Positions 35,846 to 46,200 of a stretch of DNA of 64,000 nucleotides are shown piece by piece. Made by a program: the position numbers and the translations under genes. Position 1 is the stretch's first letter. The number at the start of each line of letters is the position of its first letter. The notes beneath the pieces are model-generated. The model was not told the origin of the DNA. It did no database searches and saw only the letters and a list, made by a program, of their open reading frames with translations. Location: the sequence record KY555145.1, one strand, 5' to 3'.

Positions 35846-35878
35846 AACCCCCGGACCCTGGTCCGGGGGTTTTCTTTT
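35846..35878 (+). terminator. intrinsic terminator after head genes
   Basis: CCCCGGAC/GTCCGGGG then T-run. Confidence 0.75.
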
Positions 35879-35897
35879 GGGCGATACGGCCCAGAAA

Positions 35898-35914
35898 TGT
35901 CGTGAATCTTGACA
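35898..35914 (+). promoter_or_regulatory. late promoter motif
   Basis: TGTCGTGAATCTTGACA. Confidence 0.75.
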
Positions 35915-36001
35915 CAAGGGCCGTTTCATGCCAGAAGTCAAGTCTCTTTTGAGCGCGGCATAGAAGGGCCGTGCCGGTCTCCCCCGAAACGGAAAATCCC
36001 C

Positions 36002-36388
36002 ATGAGCAACAAGAACCTCGTGCCCGTCTACTCGCCGGAAGGCAAGAAGGAACTGCACACCCGCCTGAACGCCTACGACCTCGTCAATGGCGCCGGCTGG
36101 ACCTGGAAGCCGGGCATCGAGACCACGCCGGCCGCGATCCCGCCCTACCGCGCTCCGGCCGTCGGCGCTGAACCGGCCCAAGCCGTGCTGGATCGCGCCG
36201 GTCACCGCAACGATCGCACCCTGACCGAAGTGGTCGGCGACGAAGCCGAGGCCGACGCTGATCTGGACGTCGCCGAGGACGAAGTCGTCGAGGACGCCGC
36301 TGACGAGGCTCCGGTCGCCGAAGAAGCCCCCGCCGCCCCTGCCGCCCCGGCGGCGCGCGGTCGTGGCCGTAAGCCCACGGCGGCCTAA
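36002..36388 (+). CDS. hypothetical late protein
   Basis: 128 aa, acidic/Ala-rich then basic tail. Confidence 0.7.
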   Translation: MSNKNLVPVYSPEGKKELHTRLNAYDLVNGAGWTWKPGIETTPAAIPPYRAPAVGAEPAQAVLDRAGHRNDRTLTEVVGDEAEADADLDVAEDEVVEDAADEAPVAEEAPAAPAAPAARGRGRKPTAA

Positions 36389-36391
36389 GCC

Positions 36392-36673
36392 ATGGTGGAA
36401 CTCGGCTACTTCAGCAAGACCTGGGTCGTGGACGTCACCTCGACCTCCGACGTCTTCCCCAACCCCGGCAACGGGCAGACCTTCATGCTGCGCGCCGACC
36501 GCAAGATTCACCTCGCGCGGTCGGTGGACAACAACGCCGAGGCCACCACGGGCGACTGCCTCCTCCTGGCCGACGAGCCCGCCAGCTTCGCTATGGAAGT
36601 CGGCGGCTCGATCGCCTTCATCCTGGCCGCCGGCGAGACCGACGGCAAAATCTTCATCACCCAGGTGAACTAA
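36392..36673 (+). CDS. probable virion protein
   Basis: 93 aa in late operon. Confidence 0.65.
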   Translation: MVELGYFSKTWVVDVTSTSDVFPNPGNGQTFMLRADRKIHLARSVDNNAEATTGDCLLLADEPASFAMEVGGSIAFILAAGETDGKIFITQVN

Positions 36674-36676
36674 GCC

Positions 36677-37069
36677 GTGGCGAACCAGTCCTACAAGCTG
36701 CACGACGTGATCATCGCCTACGTCAAGGCCAGCAACCCGGAACTCGGGCTGCTGACCGCCGCCCCGAGCCCGGACGGCACCGGCGTGGTCGAGCCCAACA
36801 GCGTCTTTGGCTACGGACGTCAACCCATCGTGTTTGGCACGACCGTGCGCATGACCGGCGTCGACGCCGGCAAGTCCTCGATCTCCAACACCGTGCCGAT
36901 CGTCTTCGGCCCGACCGTCACCGACGGCTGGCCGACGGTCACCCACTGGGGCGTGTTCGACGAGAACGGCGACCTGCTCGACTACGGCCCGCTGCCGGCG
37001 ACCCGCACCCTGCCGGTCGGCGACTCGATCTCGTTCGGTGTGGGGGCGGTGCAACTCCGCTACGCCTAA
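36677..37069 (+). CDS. probable virion structural protein
   Basis: YGRQPI..N...F....W.TVTHWGVFD pattern of phage tail-associated proteins. Confidence 0.7.
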   Translation: MANQSYKLHDVIIAYVKASNPELGLLTAAPSPDGTGVVEPNSVFGYGRQPIVFGTTVRMTGVDAGKSSISNTVPIVFGPTVTDGWPTVTHWGVFDENGDLLDYGPLPATRTLPVGDSISFGVGAVQLRYA

Positions 37070-37072
37070 GTC

Positions 37073-39016
37073 ATGGCCCGCGTCTGGACCGCACGCGCTG
37101 GCGCCCTGGTCCGCTCCGAAGCGGTCCTGGTCTCCAATCTCCAGCAGGCGACCGAGTTCGTCGGCGAGATCGCGTTCGACGCCACCCTCAAGCCCTATTC
37201 GGGGCAGTCCTCCACCATCGTCGCCGAGTTCGGCCTCGATGGCGACTCGGTCTGGTGGCCGGGCTATCCGGTCGCGTTCGATCCGCCGTTCCTGATCATC
37301 GGCGAGTTCGGGCTGAGCCTGTCGAAGGGCGCCTCGTCGATCTTCCCGTTCGAGTTCGACCGGGGCATCGACGACAAGACCTCCCTGGTCCAGGCCCTGA
37401 ACGACGCCGGCTACACGGGCGGCGGGGGCGGCACGCCCTTCGATGACAGCTTCGACATCGTCCTGAGCGACGGCGACGAGGATGTCTCGCAAGGCGCACT
37501 GGACCTCACCGGCCTGTCGGTCGGCGAGTCGATCGTCAATCTCGACGTCCTGCTCGGCAAGCTGATCCCGCCGATGCCGCCGGCCTTCCCGAACGGCACC
37601 CTGTCGATCAGCAACACCGCCGGCAACGACCCGCGACTGGCGAGCGGCTTCACCGACAACATCGGCTCGGGCCTGACGGCGGGGACCTCGGTCACCCGCA
37701 TCACCGCCGCCGGCGTCTCGACCTTCGCCTTCAACGATGTCGGTCCGGGCAACACCGGCGTCCTACAGGCCCTGCTCAACGGCGCGGTCGCCGCCACCCG
37801 CACCCTGACCGGGACGGATGAAGGGACCTATTCGGGGCTGGTGATCGCCGACCAGAAGGACTACCCGACCGATCGGCCGGGCTTCTGGAAGTCGATGGAC
37901 GTCAGCCTCAACCTGCTGGCGGTTCCGGTCGGGGTCGACAAGATCAGGCTCAATCATACGGCGGCGGGCCAGACCAACGAGGTCGTGTTCATCCGTGACA
38001 CCCTGACGGCGACCCCGACGGTGACGGCCGGCAGCGTGGTGCAGGAGACCGCCGGAACCCTGGCCTATTCGTCGAGCGTGCCTCACTACGGGACGGGCGC
38101 CACCCTGACGGTGGGCATGTCCTACAACAACATCGCAGGGGAGACCTATTACGGCGGCGCGGACCCAGTGTCCATCTCCGGCTCCAACTCGATCATGACG
38201 ACCAAGACGCTGAGCTACGGCGCCATTGGCTTCACCACGCCGTTCGCGCGCAACACCACCGCCGCCCAGGCCATCACGCCCCAATCGGTCGCCATCGACG
38301 GCACCAACGTCCACACCTCGGGCGTGATCCAGGGCACGGCGCGCAACGTCAACGGGGCCTCGGCCACGGCGACCCTGTCGTCGACGGTGATCCTGGTCAA
38401 GCGAGGCACGGCGACCGGCAAGCTCGACGAGCTTTCGATCCCGGTCACGGGCATGGGCTCCACCCCCAACGGCCTCAACGCCATCCGGGTGGGCCTGGGC
38501 GCGGGCGACACCCCGGCCGGCACGCCTCAGTCCTGGGATCAGACGGCGGCGCTCGCCTCGCATGAAGCGGCGGTCGTCGCCGGCATCATGGGGCACAACC
38601 AGAACAACTACGCCACCGGCTACCTCCCGGTGGGTCCCAACCTCTCGGTGGGCCGCACCGGGGCGCAGTACGTCACCCTGTCGTTCAAGCGCGCCTCGCG
38701 TTCGACGTTCCGGATCGCCATCACCGGGTCCTACGCGGGCTGCTGGATCAAGCTGCCGGGCGTCTCGGACGTCCAGCCCAACGCCCCGAACGGCTGGTGG
38801 AATGGCTTCCAGGCCTATGATGGCGCCGGCATCCCCGGCGAGGCCGGCGACCCGAACGCCGGCTGCGCGCTCGGCGCGGTCATGACCGGAGCCTCCGGGA
38901 CGTTCCAGATGACCTTCGGTACGGAGTCCTCGACCAACGCGACCAACAACGAAATCCTGGTCCGCTTGAAGTTCAACGCGGGCCAGAGCCTCACGGCTCT
39001 GTCGTTCACGAGCTAA
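37073..39016 (+). CDS. probable virion structural protein
   Basis: 647 aa Thr/Gly-rich beta protein. Confidence 0.75.
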   Translation: MARVWTARAGALVRSEAVLVSNLQQATEFVGEIAFDATLKPYSGQSSTIVAEFGLDGDSVWWPGYPVAFDPPFLIIGEFGLSLSKGASSIFPFEFDRGIDDKTSLVQALNDAGYTGGGGGTPFDDSFDIVLSDGDEDVSQGALDLTGLSVGESIVNLDVLLGKLIPPMPPAFPNGTLSISNTAGNDPRLASGFTDNIGSGLTAGTSVTRITAAGVSTFAFNDVGPGNTGVLQALLNGAVAATRTLTGTDEGTYSGLVIADQKDYPTDRPGFWKSMDVSLNLLAVPVGVDKIRLNHTAAGQTNEVVFIRDTLTATPTVTAGSVVQETAGTLAYSSSVPHYGTGATLTVGMSYNNIAGETYYGGADPVSISGSNSIMTTKTLSYGAIGFTTPFARNTTAAQAITPQSVAIDGTNVHTSGVIQGTARNVNGASATATLSSTVILVKRGTATGKLDELSIPVTGMGSTPNGLNAIRVGLGAGDTPAGTPQSWDQTAALASHEAAVVAGIMGHNQNNYATGYLPVGPNLSVGRTGAQYVTLSFKRASRSTFRIAITGSYAGCWIKLPGVSDVQPNAPNGWWNGFQAYDGAGIPGEAGDPNAGCALGAVMTGASGTFQMTFGTESSTNATNNEILVRLKFNAGQSLTALSFTS

Positions 39017-39025
39017 GGGGCGGCC

Positions 39026-39724
39026 ATGGCGATCAACAGCACTGAACTCGTCGACCGGCTGATCAAGCTGGTCGCCTTCGGGGTCACCAAGACCGGCAAG
39101 GCCTCCGACAAGACCGGCTCCAACGAGTCGATCCCCTCGCCGACCGTGGTGTTCCCCGAGAACATCTGGAACGAGAAGGCGCTGCTGCCGGCGACGCCGC
39201 CGACGGCCGACACCGCCCAGGTCAAGGTCTATTCAGGCGCCACCCGCATCCGGGCGACCGCCGATCCGACCGCCCAGCCCAACGAGACGTGGCTGGCGAC
39301 CTCGACCTTCGGCACGCCGTCCACCCGGCTGACGAACTTCATCGCCCCCTCGGTGGCGGGCTCGGGCTACGCGGCCCGCGTCTTCATCGGGGACCCCAAT
39401 ACCGGCCCGGCGGCCCGTATCTTCCCCGACACCACGGGCGAGGAATGGACCTTCGACTACATCGCCGGCGTCCTCAACTTCCCGACCGCCGTGCCGGGCT
39501 CCAAGACCGCCACCATCGGTTCGGGGAGCGTGAGCATCGCGGCCAACGGCATCTATCTCGAACTCTACCGCTACATCGGGGCTACCGGCGGCGGCGGAGG
39601 CGGGGTCGACCCCGGCAGTCTCGGCACCATGGCCTACCAGGACGCCGACGCGGTCGCCATCACCGGAGGCGACATCAGCAATGTCGTCTTCACCAACGTC
39701 ACCATCGACGGTGGAACCTTCTAA
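39026..39724 (+). CDS. probable virion structural protein
   Basis: 232 aa, ends LGTMAYQDA..VAITGG fibre-like repeat. Confidence 0.7.
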   Translation: MAINSTELVDRLIKLVAFGVTKTGKASDKTGSNESIPSPTVVFPENIWNEKALLPATPPTADTAQVKVYSGATRIRATADPTAQPNETWLATSTFGTPSTRLTNFIAPSVAGSGYAARVFIGDPNTGPAARIFPDTTGEEWTFDYIAGVLNFPTAVPGSKTATIGSGSVSIAANGIYLELYRYIGATGGGGGGVDPGSLGTMAYQDADAVAITGGDISNVVFTNVTIDGGTF

Positions 39725-39743
39725 CCCCCAGGAGCCCTGAACC

Positions 39744-40160
39744 ATGGCCTCTCTCGTCTATAACTCCATGCTGCACGATCTGGTCAACGGCGACATCGCC
39801 TTTGACACCGACACCTTCAAGGTGATGCTGGTGACCTCGGCCTACACGCCGAACAAGGACACCCACACCCGCAAGAACCAAGTCACCAACGAGGTGACGG
39901 GCGCGGGCTACACCGCTGGCGGACAGAACTCGGCCGTGACCATCACGCCCGACACCGCCAACGACCGCGAGGACCTGTCCTTCGCCACGGTCACCTGGAC
40001 CAGCGCCACCATCACCGCCCGCGCGGCCGTGATCTACAAGGACACCGGCACGGCCGCGACCTCGCCGCTGATCGCCTATGTCGACTTCGGCACGGACGTG
40101 TCGTCGACCAACGCGAACTTCGCCGTGTCGTTCTCGTCGCCGCTGCGCTTCCAGAACTAA
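39744..40160 (+). CDS. probable virion structural protein
   Basis: DTDTFKVML..NEV.G.GYTAGG..ITARAAVIY..LIAYVDF. Confidence 0.75.
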   Translation: MASLVYNSMLHDLVNGDIAFDTDTFKVMLVTSAYTPNKDTHTRKNQVTNEVTGAGYTAGGQNSAVTITPDTANDREDLSFATVTWTSATITARAAVIYKDTGTAATSPLIAYVDFGTDVSSTNANFAVSFSSPLRFQN

Positions 40161-40233
40161 GCCCTAAGTCACGATCCTCTGAGATCGTGACTTAGTCCGC
40201 CTCCTCGTCTCCGCCGCCTCAAGGGTCTTCGCG

Positions 40234-43200
40234 TTGGTCGATATCGTCGCCGGCACGCCTGTGTCCGTCTCCTATTCGGGGGCGTCGACGACCTATGTCG
40301 CGGCGGAAACGGGCCAGATGACCGTCCACCTGTGGGGCGGCGCGGGCGCGGGCGGCTACTATTCGAATGGCGCGGGCGCCGCCAACAAGTACGGCGGCGC
40401 GGGCGGCTACGCCACGCTCTCCTTCCTGGTCAAGCAAGGCGATATCCTGACGATCGAGGTTGGCCAGGGCGGGCAGGTCGCCACGGGCTCGGGCACCACG
40501 GCGACGGCGGGTGGCGCCGGAGGCTGGCCCGATGGCGGCTATGGCGGCAAGTCGACCAACGCCTATATCGGCTTTGGCGGCGGCGGCGGCTCGACCCGCC
40601 TCTACCGCAACGGCGAACTGATCGGCGTCGCGGGCGGCGGCGGCGGCGCGACCGGTCTCTATAACGGCGGCAATGGCGGCGGTGTTGCCGGCTTGGCCTC
40701 GGCCGACGCCAACTCCGGTGCGGGCGGCACCCAGAGCGCGGGGGGCACGGCGGGTACGGGCACCCTGGCGATCCAGACCGGCCTTGGGTTCCAAGGCGGT
40801 CGCGGCGGCACGACCGCCTCGACCGCCCATGCCTATGCTGGCGGCGGCGGCGGCGGCGGCCTTTACGGCGGGGCCTCTAACGGCGGCGGGTCGCTGGGCG
40901 GCGGCTCGGGCGGCGGCGGCTCGGGCTACATCAACCAGAACCTCCTCTACACCGGACGCCTCCAGGCGGCGCGGGCTGATACGAACGGCGTGCCGTTCGA
41001 TGTCGCCGGCATCCGTCCTGCCGGGGTCGCCGAGGGCGGCACGGGACCGACGGTCGCGAGCACCGGCTGGGGCTCGATCACGCCGGGCGGTGACGGTTTC
41101 GCCTATCTGTCCCTGACCTCCGTGGCTTCGGCGACGGCCTTCCCGACCACGGGTACGACCACGCTCGCCTATAGCGGCGCGCGGCAGGTCTACACCGTCA
41201 CCCAGCTTTCCACGGTCGACATCGAGATGTGGGGTGCGGGTGGTGGCGGCGGCTTCTACACCACCGGCGGCGCTTCGCCGCGCTACGGCGGGGCGGGCGG
41301 CTATACCAAGTTCACCAAGGTCTTGTTCCCCGGTGATGTCGTCGAGATCGAGGTGGGTCAGGGCGGGCAGGCCCCGGACGGGGTCGGCGGCAATATCGGC
41401 GGCGCGGGCGGCTGGCCCAATGGCGGGGACGCGGGACGTCCGTCCGCTAACGTCAATGCCTATATGGGCGGCGGCGGCGGCTCGACCAACATCTACGTCA
41501 ACGGGCGGCTGCTGGGCGTGGCCTCGGGCGGCGGCGGCGGGACCGGCTTCCTGAACGGCGGCAACGGCGGTGGCAAGTGGGGCCTCGCCGACGCCAATGG
41601 CGCGTCCGGCACGGCCGCCACCTGGGCGCGGGACAACAGCACCAGCACGGGTCTGGCGCGTGGCTTCCTGCTGCGCGGCGGCCACGGCTCGCCGAACGAA
41701 ACCCGTGACATCGCCCACGCCAATGCGGGCGCGGGCGGCGGCGGCGGTTACTGGGGCGGCGGCGGCGCGCGGGGCAGTGTCGGCGGCGGCGGCGGCGGCT
41801 GCGGCTACATCAACGGCGACCTGACCTGGAATCGCGATTATCAGTGGGGCACCCAAGGCACCGGCCAGCCTTACACCGGCGGCGCCTATGCGTCTGGCGT
41901 GGGCGTGGGAGGCACGTGCGGCACCAGCGCCGGCACCACGACCAATGGCGGCGACGGCCAGATCGTCTTCACCGTCACGGCCGCCAGCACCACGACCCTG
42001 CCGACCGACAAGAACGCCCTGACCTATAGTGGCGCGGTCCAGCACTATGACGTCCCGTCCGCCGGCGTGATCGACCTGAAGATGTGGGGCTCGGGCGGCG
42101 GCTCGGCGGTGCGCTCCACTGGCACGCCAGCGCGGGGCGGCGGTGGCGGCTGCACGCAGGTCCCCTTCATTCCGATCAAGCCGGGTGACATCATCACCTT
42201 CGTCGTGGGGCAGGGGGGACGCGGCGCGGTCGACGCCAACTCCATCTCGCCGGGTGGCTGGCCTAACGGGGGCTATTCGGGACCTTCGGCCTCGGCGGGC
42301 GGCGGCGGTGCCAGCCTGTGCTACCTCAACGGCGAACTGGTCGCGGTCGCCGGCTCGGGCGCGGGCGCGGGTATCTCCAACGGCGGGTTCGCCGGCGGCG
42401 CGGCCTCGTGCGATCCCGGCTATGTCAACTTCACCTCGCATGGCGGCACCCAGACCACCGCCGGCTGGTGCCCGACGCGCGTGCTCGAAGGCACCACCTA
42501 CGGCACCTACATGCTGGGCGGCGATGGCCAGATCGACGGCGTCGCGCCCAACAACGTCAACGTCAACACGGGCGGCGGCGGCGGCGGCGGCTATTATGGC
42601 GGCGGCGGCAACGCCACCAACTCCAGCCGCTATTGGGGCGGCGGTGGCGGCTCGGGCTACATCAACCCGAAGTTCGCCGGCACCATCACCGGCTCGACCA
42701 GCGTCAACGCCGCCAACAACACCGATCCCGACTATGTCGCGGGCGTCGGCGTCGCGGGCGTCGGCTCGACGACCTATAACAACCCCGTCACCAATGGCGG
42801 CGATGGCCGGATCGTCTTCACCTATGATATCCCGCCCAATCTGGTCGAAAGCCTGACCACGGCGGTGCCGGTCGACGGTACGGTCAAGACCTATATCGTT
42901 GGCGCCGACGGCGATCTTGTCCTCGATCTGTGGGGCGGCGGTGGCGGCGCGGCGACCATGTTGGCCGCCGGCGGCAGCGAGCGCGGCGGCGGCGGCGGCT
43001 ATGTCGGCGGTACCTACCCGGTCACCGCCGGGCAGGTCATCCGGTTCTATAATGGTCGCGGCGGCGGCGGTGGGGTCTATACCAGCGGCACGGCCACGAC
43101 CCTGGTCGGGACGGGTGGTCCTGGCGGCTGGCCCGACGGTGGTCCTGGCGGTTATTACGCTGGTGCGGTGAGCCCGGCTCAGAACGGCATCCTGGCGGGC

Positions 43201-46200
43201 GCTGGCGGTGGCTCGTCGCGGGTCTATGTCGACGATCAACTGATCCTGGTGGCTGGTGGTGGAGGCGGCGGCGGTGACGGGGGGACTACCCGCACGCCGG
43301 GCGGCGGCGGCGGCCTGACGGGTGGAGATTCCGATGCGCCGTCGGGGCGTAACTTTGGCGCCACGCAAATTAGAGGGGGCTATAATAGTAACCGACCGAC
43401 TGATCAAACGTCGTCTGGTGGGCTGCTGCGTGGCGGCTCGGGCTTTGCTACTGGTGCTTCGAATAGCACCAGCAGCGCCTCGGCAGGCGGTGGCGGCGGC
43501 GGCGGCCTGTTTGGTGGCGCTGGTTCTGGTAACTCGGTCATCTTCATTGGCGGCTCTGGCGGCTCGGCCTTCATCTACGACGGTCTGACGGTCGCGAAGA
43601 GCGATCCTTTCCGCGCCGAGGTCATCGCCCAGATGACCTTTGAAAGCGGCGGGGTCATTGACGATGGCCGGCTCCGTGAAATCTTGCCGGTCGATACTGC
43701 ACCGACGGCTGTCACCACTTCGCCCAAGTACGGTACCTATTGTGGCAACTACCCCGGTAGCGGCCATACTACCATGTCCGTGCCGGCCTTCGGCTTGCAG
43801 AATTTCACGATCGAAGCTTGGTTCAACCCACCTTCGCTGAGCAATGGCGTGCTGTTCGCCTACGGCAACAGTGGTGTCGGCGGGTTTACGCTGCACTATG
43901 CGGGCACGACGCTCTACCTGCGTCACAATGGTGACGCGGCGACCGATGTGACCTGGGCCGACACGGGGCGCACCGCCAACGTCTGGGCGCACTACGCTGT
44001 CGTGCGCGACATGGCGGGCACCCGCGTCTACAAGGATGGCCGGCTGGTCATTACCTATGTCAACTCGATCGGCACGAGCTTCACCGCCACCCAACTAACC
44101 CTGGCCAACTACACTGGTGCCTCGGGCAACAGCACGCGCTTCACCGGTCGGATCGACGAGTTCCGCGCCACCCTCGGCGCGGCGCGTTATGTCAAGCCGT
44201 TCACCCCGGCGTCGTTCGCGGCGACGTCCCCGGCGGTTCCGACGTTGACGTCCACCGTCCAGGCCCCGCAGGGCTCGTCGGGCAACGCAGCCAACAATAC
44301 CTCGCCCAATTATATCGCCGGACGCGGCGTCGGCGCTCAGACGCGTCTGTCGGCGGGCACCGCCCCGTCGGGCGGCGATGGTCAGATCAGTTATTTCATC
44401 GCCACCTCGACCATCTCGGCGTCCGGGCCGATCGGCACGGTCACGGTCTCGGGCCTGACCGACGCCGCCGCCGGCGCCTTCTATCCCCTGCCCGGCGTGG
44501 GCTCGGTCGTCGTCGAGCCCTACACGGGCGCACGCGTCAACTACGAGGTCACCGAGCCCGGCGGCGCGCGGATCAAGGTCGAGATGTGGGGTGCCGGGGG
44601 CGGCGGCAGTTCGGCCAATAACACCCTGACCACCAACGGCGGCGGCGGCGGCGGGTACACCGTCATCGAACTCGATCTCGTCCAGGGCGACCGGATCACC
44701 GTCCAGACGCCGTCGGGCGGCGCGGGCGGCGTCAACGCCGGCAGTGGTTCGGCGATCAACCTCGGCGGCTACCCCGACGGTGGCGATGGTTATCGTCCGG
44801 CCTTCACGGCGCTCAACTGCGGCGGCGGCGGCTCGGCGCGCCTGTGGGCGCAAGGCAATCTGGCGGCGGTCGCCGGCGGCGGCGGCGGCGCGGCCTATGG
44901 CGGCGGCGGCTATGACTTCCCTGGCGGCGCGGGCGGCGGCAACCTCGGCGGCCCTGGCGCCTATGACGGCGTCAACGCCCCCTTCCCCAATGGCGGCGGC
45001 ACCCAGGTCGCGGGCGGCGCGGGTACGGCCAACGGCGTCAATGGGACGTCGCTGCAAGGCGGGCACGGCGGCACCGTTTCGGGGATCGCCAACAACGGCT
45101 GCGGCGGCGGCGGCGGCTATTATGGCGGCGGCGGCGGCGGCGCCTATAAGTCGGGTGGCGGCGGCTCGGGCTACGTCAACACGGGCCTGCCGGGCTACCG
45201 CACGGGCTCCACCACGGGCGGCTCGGGCAACTTGCCGGCCGGCATGTCCTCGCCCAACTACGTTTCGGGCATTGGCGTCGGCTCGAACGGCAAGGGCGGG
45301 GCGTTCACCAACGGCGGCAACGGCCGGATCGTCATCTCGGTCATCACCCCGACGCCGGGCAACGCGTCGGGCTCGATCGGCACCGTCAACGTCTCGGGCC
45401 TGAACAATTTCGGTCTGTTGATCGGCGTTCCGACCGGGCCGCTCGACACCATCGACGTCGTTGTTCCGGTCGGCGTCTCGGGCCAGCCCGGTTTCGCCGA
45501 AGGCCCGCTGACCACCATTGGCGTCGGCCCGGCCGAGACGATTCCCCGGGCCCAGGCGATCGTCATCGTCCCGATCAACGATCAGACCTCGATCCTGATC
45601 GAACCGCCGATCAACGCGCCACTGGAGGTCCCTGGCGACGGGATCGGCGAGCTTGACACGATCCTCGTCTCGCCGTTCGATTCGACCCAGACGGCGGGTG
45701 TCGCCTTCGATGTGGCGGACCTGCCGACCATCATCCTGACCGCGCCCGAGGGCGAGGCGGTCGAGATTCCCCCGGTCTTGACGTCCGGCGATATCGGCAC
45801 GGTCGTGGTCACCACGCCCGAGGCGACGACCCAGATCATTCCGCCGGTCGAGACCAGCGGGGCCATCGGCACCATCACCGTGGTGACGGTGACGGGCGAG
45901 GCGTCGTGGAATAACAACGTCTCGGCCTCGGGCGATATCGGCACGATCACCCTCGCCGCGCCGACCGCCGACGCCGTGGGCGACGATCTAGCCATGGGCG
46001 ATATCGGCACGATCACGGTGATCGCGCCCGAGGGCGTGGCGCTCCAGGACGCCGCCGTCGCGGCCGACATCGGCACCATCTCGGTCTATCCGATCGAGGG
46101 TGGTCAACCCGGCGACGCGGTCGGCGACATCCCCTATATTCAGGTGGTCACGCCGGGCGCGACGGTCAACGCCTCGTCGGGCGACGACATCTCGCTCTAC

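Noticed and set aside
40219-44094. 1291-aa minus-strand ORF, and similar long antisense ORFs (22130-23986, 28575-30914, 35777-37492, 49293-51644, 61189-63636)
   Set aside because: Shadow frames of GC3-rich plus-strand genes; no RBS, low-complexity R/A/G composition, no recognisable motifs.
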